Below are positions 39,878-51,977 of a stretch of 64,000 nucleotides of DNA, piece after piece (position 1 is the stretch's first letter; each line of letters starts with the position of its first letter). The DNA comes from Marsupella aquatica. Lineage: Eukaryota > Plantae > Marchantiophyta. Made by a program: the position numbers and the translations under genes. The notes beneath the pieces were generated by a model. That model had not been told where the DNA came from. It saw only the letters and a list, made by a program, of their open reading frames with translations, and did no database searches. The DNA lies in contig OZ316893.1 of the NCBI GenBank assembly GCA_973895155.1, positions 4,198,490 through 4,262,489 of the forward strand, read 5' to 3'.

Positions 39878-40887
39878 TATTCCAACTATTTATGAAAAAA
39901 TCTTCTTTGGAAGTCAACAACATCACATTCATCAGAGGTTCCCTACGGATAGTTGCGGAACTTGACTACCTTAACACTTAGCTCCGGCATCGCTGGCTCC
40001 AACGCCAAGCTCCCTTATGGTCTAAGCTCGGACATTTTTGAAAGTCTATTTTTAGAGAATTGGGATAGAGCGTCCATGAGGACACGGTGGTTGGGTAGGG
40101 GTTGGAATGCCTTGGAGCATGATCGTAAATTGGAAGCAATAGTTTGTGTTATGATGGCCACCAAGATGACAAAAGAAAAGACAAGATTGTGCTTTTTGGA
40201 GTTTGAAGATGGTTTGGACATTCTAAAATTGTAGCCTATTTGCAAAAAATAGTCCTTATCTTAGAGATTAGACATGTGAAACTTGGCCCTCCAATTACTA
40301 CACGAAGTCATGAACATTCACATGGTTATTATAAAGTGATATATATCTTATTTGTTCATATTGTTGTGCCATGCCTTTTGATGAATATTTGAATTTGTTC
40401 TAAATATGTTTTTATGTTTGTAGACCTTGCAAACTACTTTGACTATCCACCTCAAGCGTTTAAAAATGTTTTTGAATGGATTCTGTCTGCTTTCATCTAG
40501 CACTACAGTCTTATGACCACATACATCTTCTAGCAACAAATTGAACACGTGGGCAGCACACCAACTCCAAGTGACATGTGGATATTTTTCATCAATATGT
40601 CACAACCTGCTACGCAATTTGCAAATGCACCATTAGTCACAATTTGTATAATGTGTTATGGTCCAATTTCTTGGACATATTGCAACTACATTTCTCCAAG
40701 ATATTTTCCGTATTTTCTATATGCTTGCGCATCATTCCAACTATTTATGAAAAAATCTTCTTTGGAAGTCAACAACATCACATTCATCAGAGGTTCCCTA
40801 CGGATAGTTGCGGAACTTGACTACCTTAACACTTAGCTCCGGCATCGCTGGCTCCAACACCAAGCTCCCTTATGGTCTAAGCTCGGA
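39878..40887 (-). pseudogene. hAT transposase remnant (DUF659-like) with a ~150-bp internal duplication
   Basis: Minus strand reads REPLMNVMLL..FFINSW...YVQEIGP*HIIQIVT and AAHVFNLLLED; 39878-40029 is a direct repeat of ~40733-40887. Confidence 0.75.
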
Positions 40888-41427
40888 TAGGCCATCCGGG
40901 ATGGACTTAGCATGGGGAGACTTGTGGGCAATGAGACGTGGCACTGGCGAAGGCAAGGGGCCAAGCTGGTGACACACACTAAGGACTTAGACTAGCTTAG
41001 AGCTGGTCGTGTCAAGGAGAAAAAGGGCCAGGCTCAAGGTCGACCGTCCGGACCCCCGGACGGACTTTGAGTTCTGAGGGCTTGAGTGAGAGCTCCTCTT
41101 GGGCCCAAGGCCAATAACACGATTTCGGACTGACCGAGAAGTGTGTCGGAGTTCTCGTTTAGCCCGATCCCGTTTTTTTTCTAAGGCAATGCAATGACCG
41201 ATAAAACTGGAAAAAACTCTCCGAAACGCCACTTTCCTCCATTGCATCGCCGCGGGAATGCAAGGAGCGATACGTGCATCGGGTTTTACATTCCGTCAGT
41301 GAAAAAGTCCGAACTGCGAGTAACTTGGTCCGAACCGCGTAATCCAGGAACGACCACGCACTAACCCAGGTAAAGGGGAAAGTTAACCATGGTTAAGGGG
41401 AAATTAACCATGGTTTAGAGCGTCTCC

Positions 41428-41435
41428 TATATAAA
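41428..41435 (+). promoter_or_regulatory. Putative TATA box of the cargo transcription unit
   Basis: CCTATATAAAGAGGAGCGGGC, conserved in the nested copy (~12905-12922, minus); preceded by TTAACCATGGTTAA palindromes. Confidence 0.55.
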
Positions 41436-42028
41436 GAGGAGCGGGCTGCCCATAAAACGTTTGCTTTCGCCAAAGCAAATATCTCCTGACTGAGAGAGAA
41501 TACCAAACTCCCATCAAGTCTTACATTCCTCCCAAGCGATTCGACTCTTTCTACCGAAAACCCGATAAATTTATCGGAACAGCCATTCCTGTTCAAGTTC
41601 TCCATGTAAGACTAACTAGTCATTTAGTGTAAAATGTCCAGATCCGAGCGGACTGCGATAAATTTATCGCATTCTGCATTCCTCTGTTGCAATCATTTGA
41701 TCCAATGTTTAGAGAGGTGTTGCCTTCATTACGATAAATTTATCGGAGTCTTCATTCCTTTCATGGAAAGAGGAGTAATTGAGAATCCAATAAATTTATC
41801 GGAGTTGTCATTTTTGTGAAAGATTGAATTCAGGGGTTAGGTGTCTGAGGAAGTCATATTTTCAATTCGAATGCGGAGTGCGATAAACTTATCGCATCCT
41901 CCTGTGAGAATCATTTTCCTTTGTTTTGTTTGGAGACTCATCTTCATCTCTGATGTCGCAGTGTTGTCGGGTTTAGGAGGCACAACGGAAGGTTGATTGC
42001 ACTCCGTGGACAACAGGTATTGTGACAA

Positions 42029-42358
42029 ATGGCTGTCTTCCTTGAAAATCGTGTCAAACGTGCACGCCGGTTATACAAGAGACTCGTGCGACTCAAAGTT
42101 CTCCCCATCGGTATAGGAGCATTGTGGATGGGTGGTACTGATCCTGGAGATAGGCAGGATCCTCTCCGCATTGAATTCTGCAGAATGAATGATGCAGGAG
42201 TTCCAATTTGTTCGAGGTTGATGTTAACAGCGTGTTTACATTCTTTGGAGTTTTCTTGTAACTATTGTTGTCGTCGTCTTGACAACAAGTACCACAAACA
42301 GGCTCACTTCTGTTGTAAGATTTGGAACGAAGACCCTTGGGTGAACCTTTCACGATGA
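42029..42358 (+). CDS. Cargo ORF A, 109 aa basic Cys-rich protein of unknown function
   Basis: Intact in both diverged copies (LTACLHSLEFSCNYCCRRLDNKYH). Confidence 0.65.
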   Translation: MAVFLENRVKRARRLYKRLVRLKVLPIGIGALWMGGTDPGDRQDPLRIEFCRMNDAGVPICSRLMLTACLHSLEFSCNYCCRRLDNKYHKQAHFCCKIWNEDPWVNLSR

Positions 42359-42552
42359 GTGTTTCGACCTTTTCATTGAGGCGCATCTTGGAAGGACATA
42401 TTTAAATAAACAAGTCCTACCCTTGCGCAGCGAATATAATACGTCACGAGTCCTAATCGTTAAACTGTCGTGCAGGGTTGGTACTGTGGATGTGTTCGGT
42501 TACACCTGGTGATTGAAGGTATTTTTATTGGTGGTTTTGGTAGCTCTGCTTC

Positions 42553-43100
42553 ATGGCTGCATCGGAGAATCTAATCGTTGCAAAGATGGGATCCGTTTTA
42601 GCCCAAGAGCGTAGGAAATATATTCGAGGAAAAGTGCCCGGTGTGGAATGCGGAAGTTTGTTGAATGGACTTCCCGATGAACTCGTTGAATCTCACATTT
42701 GGCCCCTCCTAGCCTTGTCTTGCACACAAGATGAACACCTTGGCCTTGACCTAAACTTCTACCAGAAGAACGACTGACTCGAATGAGAACAATCATTTGT
42801 CTTGGAGCCACCTCGAAGAAATGGAACCATCTTGTTGTTGGTACACGATTTTGGGCGCTATTGAAATATGCAGTCCGTGAGATCAATGACATAAACAAAA
42901 TGCTCGCAAGCATTCCTAATGCCGACCTTCTCTCAAACATATATATTGCTAGGGTCTTCCGAGAGGAAACTCATTTCCTCCCTCCCATAGATATGCTTGG
43001 GTGCTTTTCGTATGAGCAGTTAGATCAGTTTCGTAGAGTTTGGATAAATCTTGGAGAAAGCGGGAAGCGAACAATTCTTGCATGGCATGGACGAGTCTGA
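42553..43100 (+). pseudogene. Cargo ORF B, F-box-like protein (~180 aa), frameshift near 42755
   Basis: LLNGLPDELVESHIWPLL...ICLGATSKKWNHLV resembles the F-box consensus; the nested copy is in frame across this lesion. Confidence 0.68.
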
Positions 43101-43392
43101 GTGGATGAGGCATTGCTGCGAACATCCGATAAATTTATCGCACTCCTCATTCCTCTAGTCGATTTTGGGTGCTTGTAAAGAAACACTTTGAATATAATTG
43201 ACTTTGCCTCCCCTGACTTCGGGTTGTGTGGTCCAGAGTGTATTTGTTTGCGCCTCTTCGGACGATTAGCTAACAAGTACATTGGCTTCACAGCCCGTTA
43301 TACAAGGTACTGTAAAGTTGGATGAAACTTATAGAATTGTAATTAGTATGTTCTTCAAAAATTATTCCTGATTTCTATTCGGTGATCAGGCC

Positions 43393-44105
43393 ATGCTCGA
43401 GCGACGCATTTTTGTACCCTACCCGGATCCTCCAGAATGGGGGAATGGAGCCATGCTGGACCAGCTAAGGAGGCTGGATGAGTCACTAATTTTAAAGATA
43501 TGCAAGCCGGTAGTAAAACCATTTTACCATAACGCATTTCACTTCTACGTAGATCAGGTAGGGGGAGAAATTTATATTCGGTGGGATAGATATGTTGGAT
43601 TTTCTAGAAGAGTTATCCTACTCTTTCTGAAAACTGGTGCAGTAAGACGTTTTATACTCCACTGCTGTCATGTTGTGAAGGGCAATCCTGCTTATGAGCC
43701 AGAATTCTATGCCGACAACAGACGTAGAGCATTCGATGAGATTCAGGATGTGATTGACGAGCTGGACAATCCTCTTGCCACCGAGTTTTTTATTGACACT
43801 TGTGGGAAACTATATTCATACAAGATTCGTCAACTCCCCCCCAGCCGGTCTGTGGGCTCTTTAACTTGATCTATGTAAGTTGCCTGTGGACGAACGTCCT
43901 TGCCAATGGTGAGATCTGTCCATGCTGCACAAATGCTTGTTGTGACATTCCGTCACGCCGGTATTCAGTAGCAGTAGTGAATCCTGAGACTGGTGAAGTT
44001 GATTTCCATTGGCTGTGGGCTTATGATCATCGCGTCACTCATATTCCCCAATGGCCCAAGAAGCGGATCGAACGCTTCGCTCTGGCGAGGTTCAACTATG
44101 ATTAG
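43393..44105 (+). pseudogene. Cargo ORF C, unknown Cys/Trp-rich protein (~235 aa), frameshift near 43840
   Basis: Two overlapping ORFs together match the contiguous ORF 10142-10801. Confidence 0.75.
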
Positions 44106-44325
44106 GGTTTAGGTTTAGGGGTTAAGGTTTTGGATTTAGGGTTCCGTAGCTGATTCTTCGACCTGTACACTCGGCCGTCAATTTAAAGAAGGCTCACTTT
44201 TGCGATAATTTTATCGGTCTCTTTGTCCTTGTGTGTTGAGATGTCGTGTCCACATGTGCTGTGAGATTGGCGGCGATAATTTTATCGCTCTTTGCATTGG
44301 AATTTGTTTATTTGCAGACTTTGCC

Positions 44326-47300
44326 ATGGCTGCTAGTGGAAAGAGTGGATCTGCTGAGGCAGAAAGTCTCATGACAAGCCTCACCAATGCAATTTGGACA
44401 AGTGAAGACATTTGTGAAGAGGTCAAGTGTATCAAGAAGTCATGGTACTTCCGTGACGCCAGATTACAGTCCACGGGTTTCAAAGACTGTGCTATCCCAA
44501 TCCTTTGGGTCCAGTTGCAAAAATCGGCGAAGGTTAATGTTTTGTATGGCCCTGTCATTGCTGTTGCCGTCGTCGAGTTCATGGTTGGCCACGGGGAGGG
44601 AAAAGTATTGACAGAGGGCCTTAGTTTCTTGACAATGTGTGGGTGCAAGGGTTTCACATCTCTCATTGTTACTCTCGATAACTTTGATGAGAAATCGATG
44701 GACAGTTATCCAGAAGATCCCCTTGTTGCCGAAGTTCGGGCAGCAAGAGAGATGAATGTTATGGGTTCGGCTTGGATCGGCCAGTATGTGCAAGATTGTG
44801 ATGCCATCATGCTTCCAAGGGTGAACGCAGAGTACAAGAGACTTGTGGGTGAAGAGTTCAAACCTGTCCGCAAAATTGTTTTCAAGAAACCAGGTTCAAG
44901 TGGCAGCGGTGGTTCTAATGCCGATAAAATGGCGGGGCGGAAAGAACCATTGCAATCCTCTACACATATTGATGTGGACAAACCTACAACTTCTGGTCGG
45001 GTTTCGGGAAGTGGAAGAGGGAAAGGGAGAGGTAGCGGCAGGGGAGATGCCGCGGGAACCTCTGACGGTGGGAAGAAGAGCCAGGAAACTGGCGGTAGTG
45101 GGAGAGGCCGGGGCAACCGTCGAGGACCATCCGTTAAACCAAGCGAAAGTAAAGGATCCGAGGGATCTGGGCCATCTGGTTCTGGACTTAGCACAAAGAG
45201 GAAGAGGACTGGCTGGACTGAGACGGTGGCTGCAGAAGTAGATAGAGCTCCGTCAATTCCATCAATTCCAGTCGCGGTTCCTGCGGTGCCATTGGTAAGT
45301 ACTACGTCGTTGTACTGTTTAACAAATACGAAATCTGATAAAAATCTCGCTGTTTATTTCCTGAATTGCGGATTGTGGAGTTATGTTGAACAAATGCGAA
45401 CTCTGATAAAAATCTTGCAGTTTCTTTCCTTAATTGAATTTGCAACGCTTTTGTAGGCTGATAAGGAGGAGGAGACGGCTCTTTCGATGTATGAGATGGA
45501 CGCGATCAAGGCAGAGCTCAGTCTTCTGATGCAACGAAGGGTGCAAAGGACAACTATGCTTCTGCATGTCGACAATCTCATATTTGATGAGGAGGGGGAT
45601 TTGTCAACTTTGATTAGACCAGTGGATAGATTGCATGTGGAATATCAAGATACTTCTCATGAAAAACCCCACCAACTTCAGTGCCTCGTTCGTGCTGTGT
45701 GTGGATCCGAAGGATTGTCCCACAACCACAGATTGGGACATCCTGAAGTCAAGGGTATGGAAGTATAGAATTATTGGAGGGAATCATGGTGCTCGGGCAA
45801 AGTCCGAGTTGTTTAAAATGTACGGGAAGCAAATATATGGTGAGCTGGAAGCTTGGGTTTACGCTGGGCTTACGAGATCCGAGGTCCGAAAGTTAGGCTT
45901 CCAGCATAACTATGACCAGGAGTATCAGAAGAACATGACTAAAATTGACCAAGTTCGCGCTTGTCACAATATTTTCCTTGAAATGGGTGTGGGCTTGACT
46001 AAAGATGTCCGCGAAGCATGTTGTCAAGAATGCATGATGGAGTACACGCCAGGAGTTCGTGACTCCATGGCCAAACATGATCCGGCTTTCCAAATTGCTT
46101 TCCGAACAGGTGAAATTTGGGATCTTCAGGAGCAGATTTTCCAGATGTGGGAGAAAGGTATTGTCTTAGGACAACCCAAAAAAATTGTGGCAACGACGAA
46201 CGCAAAGGGAAAGGTAAAACCTTTGACGGTAAGGGAGATTAAAATGAATAAACTTGCTGGTGACCTCAACTTAAATTCATTTTGAGGTCTCCAAGGACTG
46301 TCAAATAAGGAGCATGTCAAGCGTCTCTTGAATAGGGTTATCGGGAAGGTGATCACTTTGGATCAAATGCACAAGGAAGGTGAGAAGTTGAAAAAGCTTG
46401 CCAAGGTGAAGAAACTATTTTTGCAGATATCTGGTCAGCCAGATTGGGCAACATGCAGAGAAATGTTTCCCAACGAAACAGATGTCTCGGTCCTTGGCAT
46501 ATGGGCGGAGAAATTGAGTGACGCGGTAAGCATTCCTCTCACAGCATGCTCTATCGCGAGATTTTTATCGGCTTTAGCATTCCTTTGTTGGTTTCTAAGC
46601 GATTGCATCTATCAGCTAGCGTGCTCCATCGCAAGATTTTTATCGGCTTTAGCATACCTTTGTTGGTTTCTAAGCGATTCCATCTATTGGCTAGCGTGCT
46701 CCATCGCGAGATTTTTATTGGCTTTAGCATTCATCTCACGCTATTCTAACTGTAGATGGGTCTGACATTCTTACAGCTGAAGATTAATTCAAAAAGGAAA
46801 AGCAAAGTGGTTCCGGCTGTCACTTATAATTCTGCGGGGGAGGTTATTGTTCCCTCAGCTGAAATCCCTTATGTGTTTAAGAATTTTGTGCTTGCTGCAA
46901 TCGATAAGTACAATCGGCTGAGGTCCTTAGGCGAGGGCACAGCAGAAGCGTTTGAACAAACATGGAAAAATGCAGACGGGGATTCTTTTCCCTACTATCT
47001 CCATGTTGGTGATGTTCGAATTTTGGATTCTTTTGTTCAGCCAAGGGCTTACACCCTTGCGGTTGCGGATATTCCGTATGGTTTTAATGCTCCTGGTTCG
47101 GAGTTTGATGAAGTGGCCTTCACAGAAAAGGACATTTTAGACATGTTGACAAGTTTCTCAAAGATGACGACCGCTAAGCAGTGGAGGTTTGTTATGATCC
47201 ATTCACTACAACAAACGCATATGGTGATGTCTGCACTGGAGAGTGTATGCAACTGTGGGGTCGAGGCTGGAATCTGGGAGAAGACTAACATTCATGAGCG

Positions 47301-47889
47301 TCACGCTGGAGCTCGATTGGCGTGGGGTTTTGAGAACTGGTCGATAGGTTTCTATAGCGAGGAAGGCATTCGGAACATGAACATGTACAATTTCCAACCG
47401 GATGAGTCTTGCGTCAATATCATCAAGGTTCCATGTGTAACCAAGAAGTCCGTTGATCCGTTGGGATTTGTTGTGAACCCATATCAGAAGCCTGTTGGTT
47501 TGGGGGCTTGGTTTGTTTCCCATTTCTCTGAGAAAGAGGATTGGGTTATTGATCTTTGTTGTGGAATCGGATTGACATTAGCTGCTACGCTCCTCAATTC
47601 TTGCCAGGGTTGTGCTGTTGATAAGAGTTCTGCGCAGATTGATTTTGTAAAATCCCGGATCATGATTCTGGAGTCAAACTGGAATTTATATGAAGAATCC
47701 CAGATTGAAGGGCATGGCGTTGAAGGTCATGAGATTCAGCCACCAATTGCAGGCCAACTGGGTGTTCTCGGGACATCGACTTACGTAGTTGAGGTCGTGA
47801 AGGAGACCGAAGAGGAACAAGAAGAAACTGAGGAAGAGCCTCCCAGAACACCAAATGAGGATGATCTCAACGACATGTTATTAGATTAG
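44326..47889 (+). pseudogene. Cargo ORF D: spliced ~1050-aa protein with N-terminal domain, ParB/Srx-like domain and beta-class N6A/N4C DNA methyltransferase
   Basis: Exons 44326-45294, 45457-46525, 46777-47889 with phase-0 GT-AG introns; YRIIGGNHGARA (ParB-like); LAVADIPYG (motif IV) precedes PYQKP...WVIDLCCGIG (motif I); frameshift ~45640 and TGA at 46283. Confidence 0.8.
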
Positions 47890-48221
47890 TTGCGTGTGCT
47901 CGTTAGGATAATGTCAATCACCAATGGAATTGTCGATAAATTTATCGGATTCTGTATTCCATGAGGAAGAACCTTTGTCACATTTATTAATGCGATAAAT
48001 TTATCGGACTTTGCATATATCGGACTGTCGCGGTGTTCCTGCTGGGGGAATGGAGTTGTCGATAATCTTATCGGACTTAGCATTGTATTCTCTAACTGGT
48101 TTGTCATTGCAATTATTTCAAAAAAAAAAGATATCATTATAGCTGCGGAGTACATAGTCCCAGAACGATAACCACTGTACATATTCATGGGAACGATAAC
48201 CATTATAACTTAAACCTGAAA

Positions 48222-51200
48222 CTAGCTTCGACTATCAACGACTACAGTCTCCATTGCATTTTGAATGATTCGTCTTGTTTGTATAGGGAGAGTACTATTT
48301 GCCAATAACGCAAAGTTATACGCATAAATGGCAGTTTCTGCTAGGGACAATTCATCCTCCAGTACTTTGCTAGACGAAGCCTCTTTCTCCAGATAATATC
48401 TGCCTTCAATTGCAAACTCTTCCTCCGAATCCATTGCATACCAAGTGATTTTAATCCACTCCGGGATGTCGTTAATTCTTGTGAGAATCTCAGTCACTTT
48501 TGCCATCCAGAATGGTCTTCCCTTGGGATCCTGATGGGCTGCTACACATATCATTGCAAATTTAGTATTCACCTCTAGATCCTTGAAGTCTCCAATTTCC
48601 GTGACTTTTCTTCGACTTCCGGAATACATGACTGTCCTCACACGCGCTACTTTATCAACCAAGCTAGGTTCCATTGCTACTTCCGTAGGATTACTCGGAA
48701 GTTCTCTCTGCACGTTTACCTTGGGCCAACTCCAATCAAAACTCCATTGTGCAGGTTTCAGGTGGTGCTGAATCACTTCTTTTTGTTTGTCAAAAAAACG
48801 ACCCCACCATAGACGATCTGCGTCGTCATAGTAATTGAATCCATCTTCAATTGCTCTTCGATATTTTTGAAGAGTTGACAAATAACTTTGAGCCGCCCGC
48901 TCATCTTGTTCCTCAACATCATTCTCTTGCTCTTCATTGTCTCCTGTCGCTCCCGTGGCCGACTTCAATGCCATTTGTGGTGCGACCCACATTCCAGATG
49001 ATGGAATGTACCGAACAAAATCCACCGTCTCCCCCCAATCGATTGTCGTTGAAAGATGTTTGGCATGGAATACGGACCGAGCACTTCCATCTTCGAGTAC
49101 TCTAGTAATCCGAAATTGTTTTTGAGCACTTATGCCGTGGAGAGTACGTAGAACCTAACCATCCATATCCTTGTCATTTGCTTGATCCTTGTCTGACACA
49201 AATTTCTTGAAATCGGCAACCTCATCGACGAAAAATATCTTTGTCGTAGGATTGTGGGATTCCTCTATGATTGCTGAAAGAGTGTCCAACCGGAAAGCTT
49301 TCCGCTTGTTCAATTTTGAAGAAAACTTGCTAAACATTTGATCAATTTGATCATGGGTGTGCCCCACCAATAGGAAACCAACCTTTATTTTTTGGAAAAC
49401 ATCTATCTCCACCAACATATTCAAATATGCCATAAGATATTTATTCTTGTTTTCCCAAGCTGTGTTATCAAGCTAGAGGTAAAGCACTGGAGGGAGCAGA
49501 CCTTCCCAGGTATTCAAAATATGCTGGATACCGTGGATGGTCAGGTTGCTATCATTGTGAATATTTGGATAGTTCAAAAAAACATTTGAACTTAATTGTT
49601 TGTTGAAGATCAAACAACCCACTACGTGTACGGGGATGAAATACTTTTCATACATATTCTTCGGACACCGAATGAAATGAGGTAACTCTGTCTTCTTTTG
49701 ATCCATTCCATCAATATAGATGCGCAAATATTTCTCCGGACTCTTGTAACATTTGCTCCGATGCTTTGCTAACTTCTCCCTCTCGACTGCTTGTGCCTTC
49801 CAATGCTCGTTTAGCAATGTTGAGAATTTTCCTACAATAATAAAAATGTTTAGAACAAAACATGATAACCGCAATGTTGAACCCTGACAGCGATAAATTT
49901 ATCGGGTTCAGTATTCAAATACGAGACCGTAATGATAAACCCTGACAACGATAAATTTATCGGGTTCAGTATTCAAACACAAGACCGTAATGAAAAACTG
50001 TGACAGCGATAAATTTATCAAGTTCAGTATTCAAACTGTTCAAACGATATATTCACTCACATGGCCAAAGAAGAAGCACATGAATACTCAACCCGATAAC
50101 ATTATCGGGAGTAACACACAGGTTTAGAAACTTACTCTTTTCTGCTTCGAGTGTTGCCTTGTCACGGAGTGCTTTGAATTCAGTACACGGGGCGCAGGTG
50201 GAGAAACGGCTCCTTTTGGGGATGCGCACACGAGGAAACTCCTTGTTCCAAATGCGAACAAACCATGAATATGTCATGCCCTGTTCTTGGCGCATTAGAG
50301 TTTCGGACTGGAAGGCATCACAAACTTTTGTTTTTGTCCAATTGTCAGGTAAATGAAAGATATCCTTGTTGGGGAGACTCTCGACATTTGTGGAAAAAAA
50401 ATCATCCAACCATTGGACGAGACCAAGATGTGCGGGTGATTTTTCTCGACAAACTGTACCGGTTTGTATCTGGGAAAACATGTTCTGCGAGATTTTTTGG
50501 AGACGATTATTTCCTAGTGAAAATAATTTCTTAAAACCACTCCGACAAAAGGATCTACCGCTAACTGAGTAACCACTTGCACTAGCATGCCCACCCTTCA
50601 CACATCCTCTTAGAAGGACGTTCTTCTCTGGGTAGGATAGCCCATAGTAATAAGTGCGTTGTTTCGTCACGGCTAGCAGACCCAAATTCCGCAGACAGTA
50701 ATTATCACAACACGAATACTTATGAATTTCTCTCATTTTGTTTCTATTCAATTTGTCATTTATCACATTGTCTTTCCTAGTAATTCGGTCCCTATCTTTT
50801 TTACTAGGCTCATTTGACTTCTCTACAGCCTGAAATTCGTTCATAACATTGGCATTTTTGGGTCCTTCAGGTGCCTCGCGAATAGATGCATCACTCTCTG
50901 CTGAGCTACCATCCTCTATAGATCTCCTTGACGCATTTAGAGGGGCACTGAATAGACGACTATAACTATTCTCTTCGACAGCTCCTTCTAAACATTCAGA
51001 CACAACTTGTGCTATTATATCGGATTCTCTATCTCCTTCCTCATCTTCGTCCTCCGATGCACTCGACTCATCTGAAAATACAATTGGACTCCGTGGCTCT
51101 CTATACATAACCCGAACGCCACTAAGACCTCTCCTCGATACTTGGAGCCTGGAACCAATGACAGTCCGCCCTTGAGAACTTGGAGATTCTGGATTCGCAC

Positions 51201-51846
51201 GTGCAGTCCCAACAACTCCACGAGCTGCTGGAAAATTGAGCACTTGTTCACCACGATTCCCACGGACCATTCAAGAAAGGGCCGAGTCTGGACTTCGCAG
51301 TCCGATTCCCTCGCTTGCTCGCACATCCAGTCCAGGCAATGCAAAGACCGATCGCCGTATCGGTCTTTGTATTTCTATGTCCCGATCCTCACCCGGAGAC
51401 TGAAAGATCCATCGTTGAACTTGTGTTGAATGTGGCGACTTGAATGCCAACTGCGATACGCGTATCGGTCGCCGGATACCCTCTCCAGAACCCGGGATGG
51501 ATGGCCTGAAGCGACGTCTCGAACCTAAACCTGGGATTGAAAGTTTCTCATTTCTTGGCGATGGAACGCTCAAGAGACGACACTTCTCAGGTTTACTAGG
51601 CGACACATAGTAAGCACTGGGCTCAGGACCAGAACTTGCATCAGAATCTGAGTCAGAGATTTTGGGCACTATTTGCTGTGAGAGAGGTAGAGCTTTAAGT
51701 ATGCGACTTGGCAAACAGCGAGCGACAAGATTAGGAGAGGATTCAACTGAACTGGAAGGTGAATCTGTGTCTGATGGAGACATGGCTATCCGAGACACTA
51801 TGGGGCTTTGCATTCCTCCCGCAATCAGGGAAAACGAAAGGCTCAA
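48222..51846 (-). pseudogene. Sola1/DUF7869-like DDD transposase, spliced, with in-frame stops
   Basis: FSTCAPC; IYIDGMDQKKTELPHF; LYL*LDNTAWENKN; VGFLLVGHTHDQIDQMFS; intron 50135-49832 (GTAAG...TAG); stops at 51271, 49473 and 49155. Confidence 0.85.
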
Positions 51847-51927
51847 CGGACAGAATGTTGCTCCAAGAACACAACTCCCAAAACTCTACTCTCGATAATG
51901 ACGCCAAAAACTTATCGGCGGTGGCCC

Positions 51928-51977
51928 TTTTATAGTGTCTGTTGAGGGGTTGGCCCACGTGTCCACTTTTGATTGGC
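51928..51977 (-). promoter_or_regulatory. Putative TATA and CCAAT boxes of the transposase gene
   Basis: TATAAAA at 51934-51928 and GCCAATC at 51977-51971, upstream of the transposase ORF. Confidence 0.45.

Noticed and set aside
44706-45194. Pro-rich antisense ORFs (also 9012-9368 and 55501-56346)
   Set aside because: Shadows of sense coding regions.
44326-47889. Bacterial or phage contamination as the source of the ParB-MTase
   Set aside because: It has in-phase GT-AG introns, lies inside a TSD-flanked transposon, and a sister copy is nested in a plant copia element.
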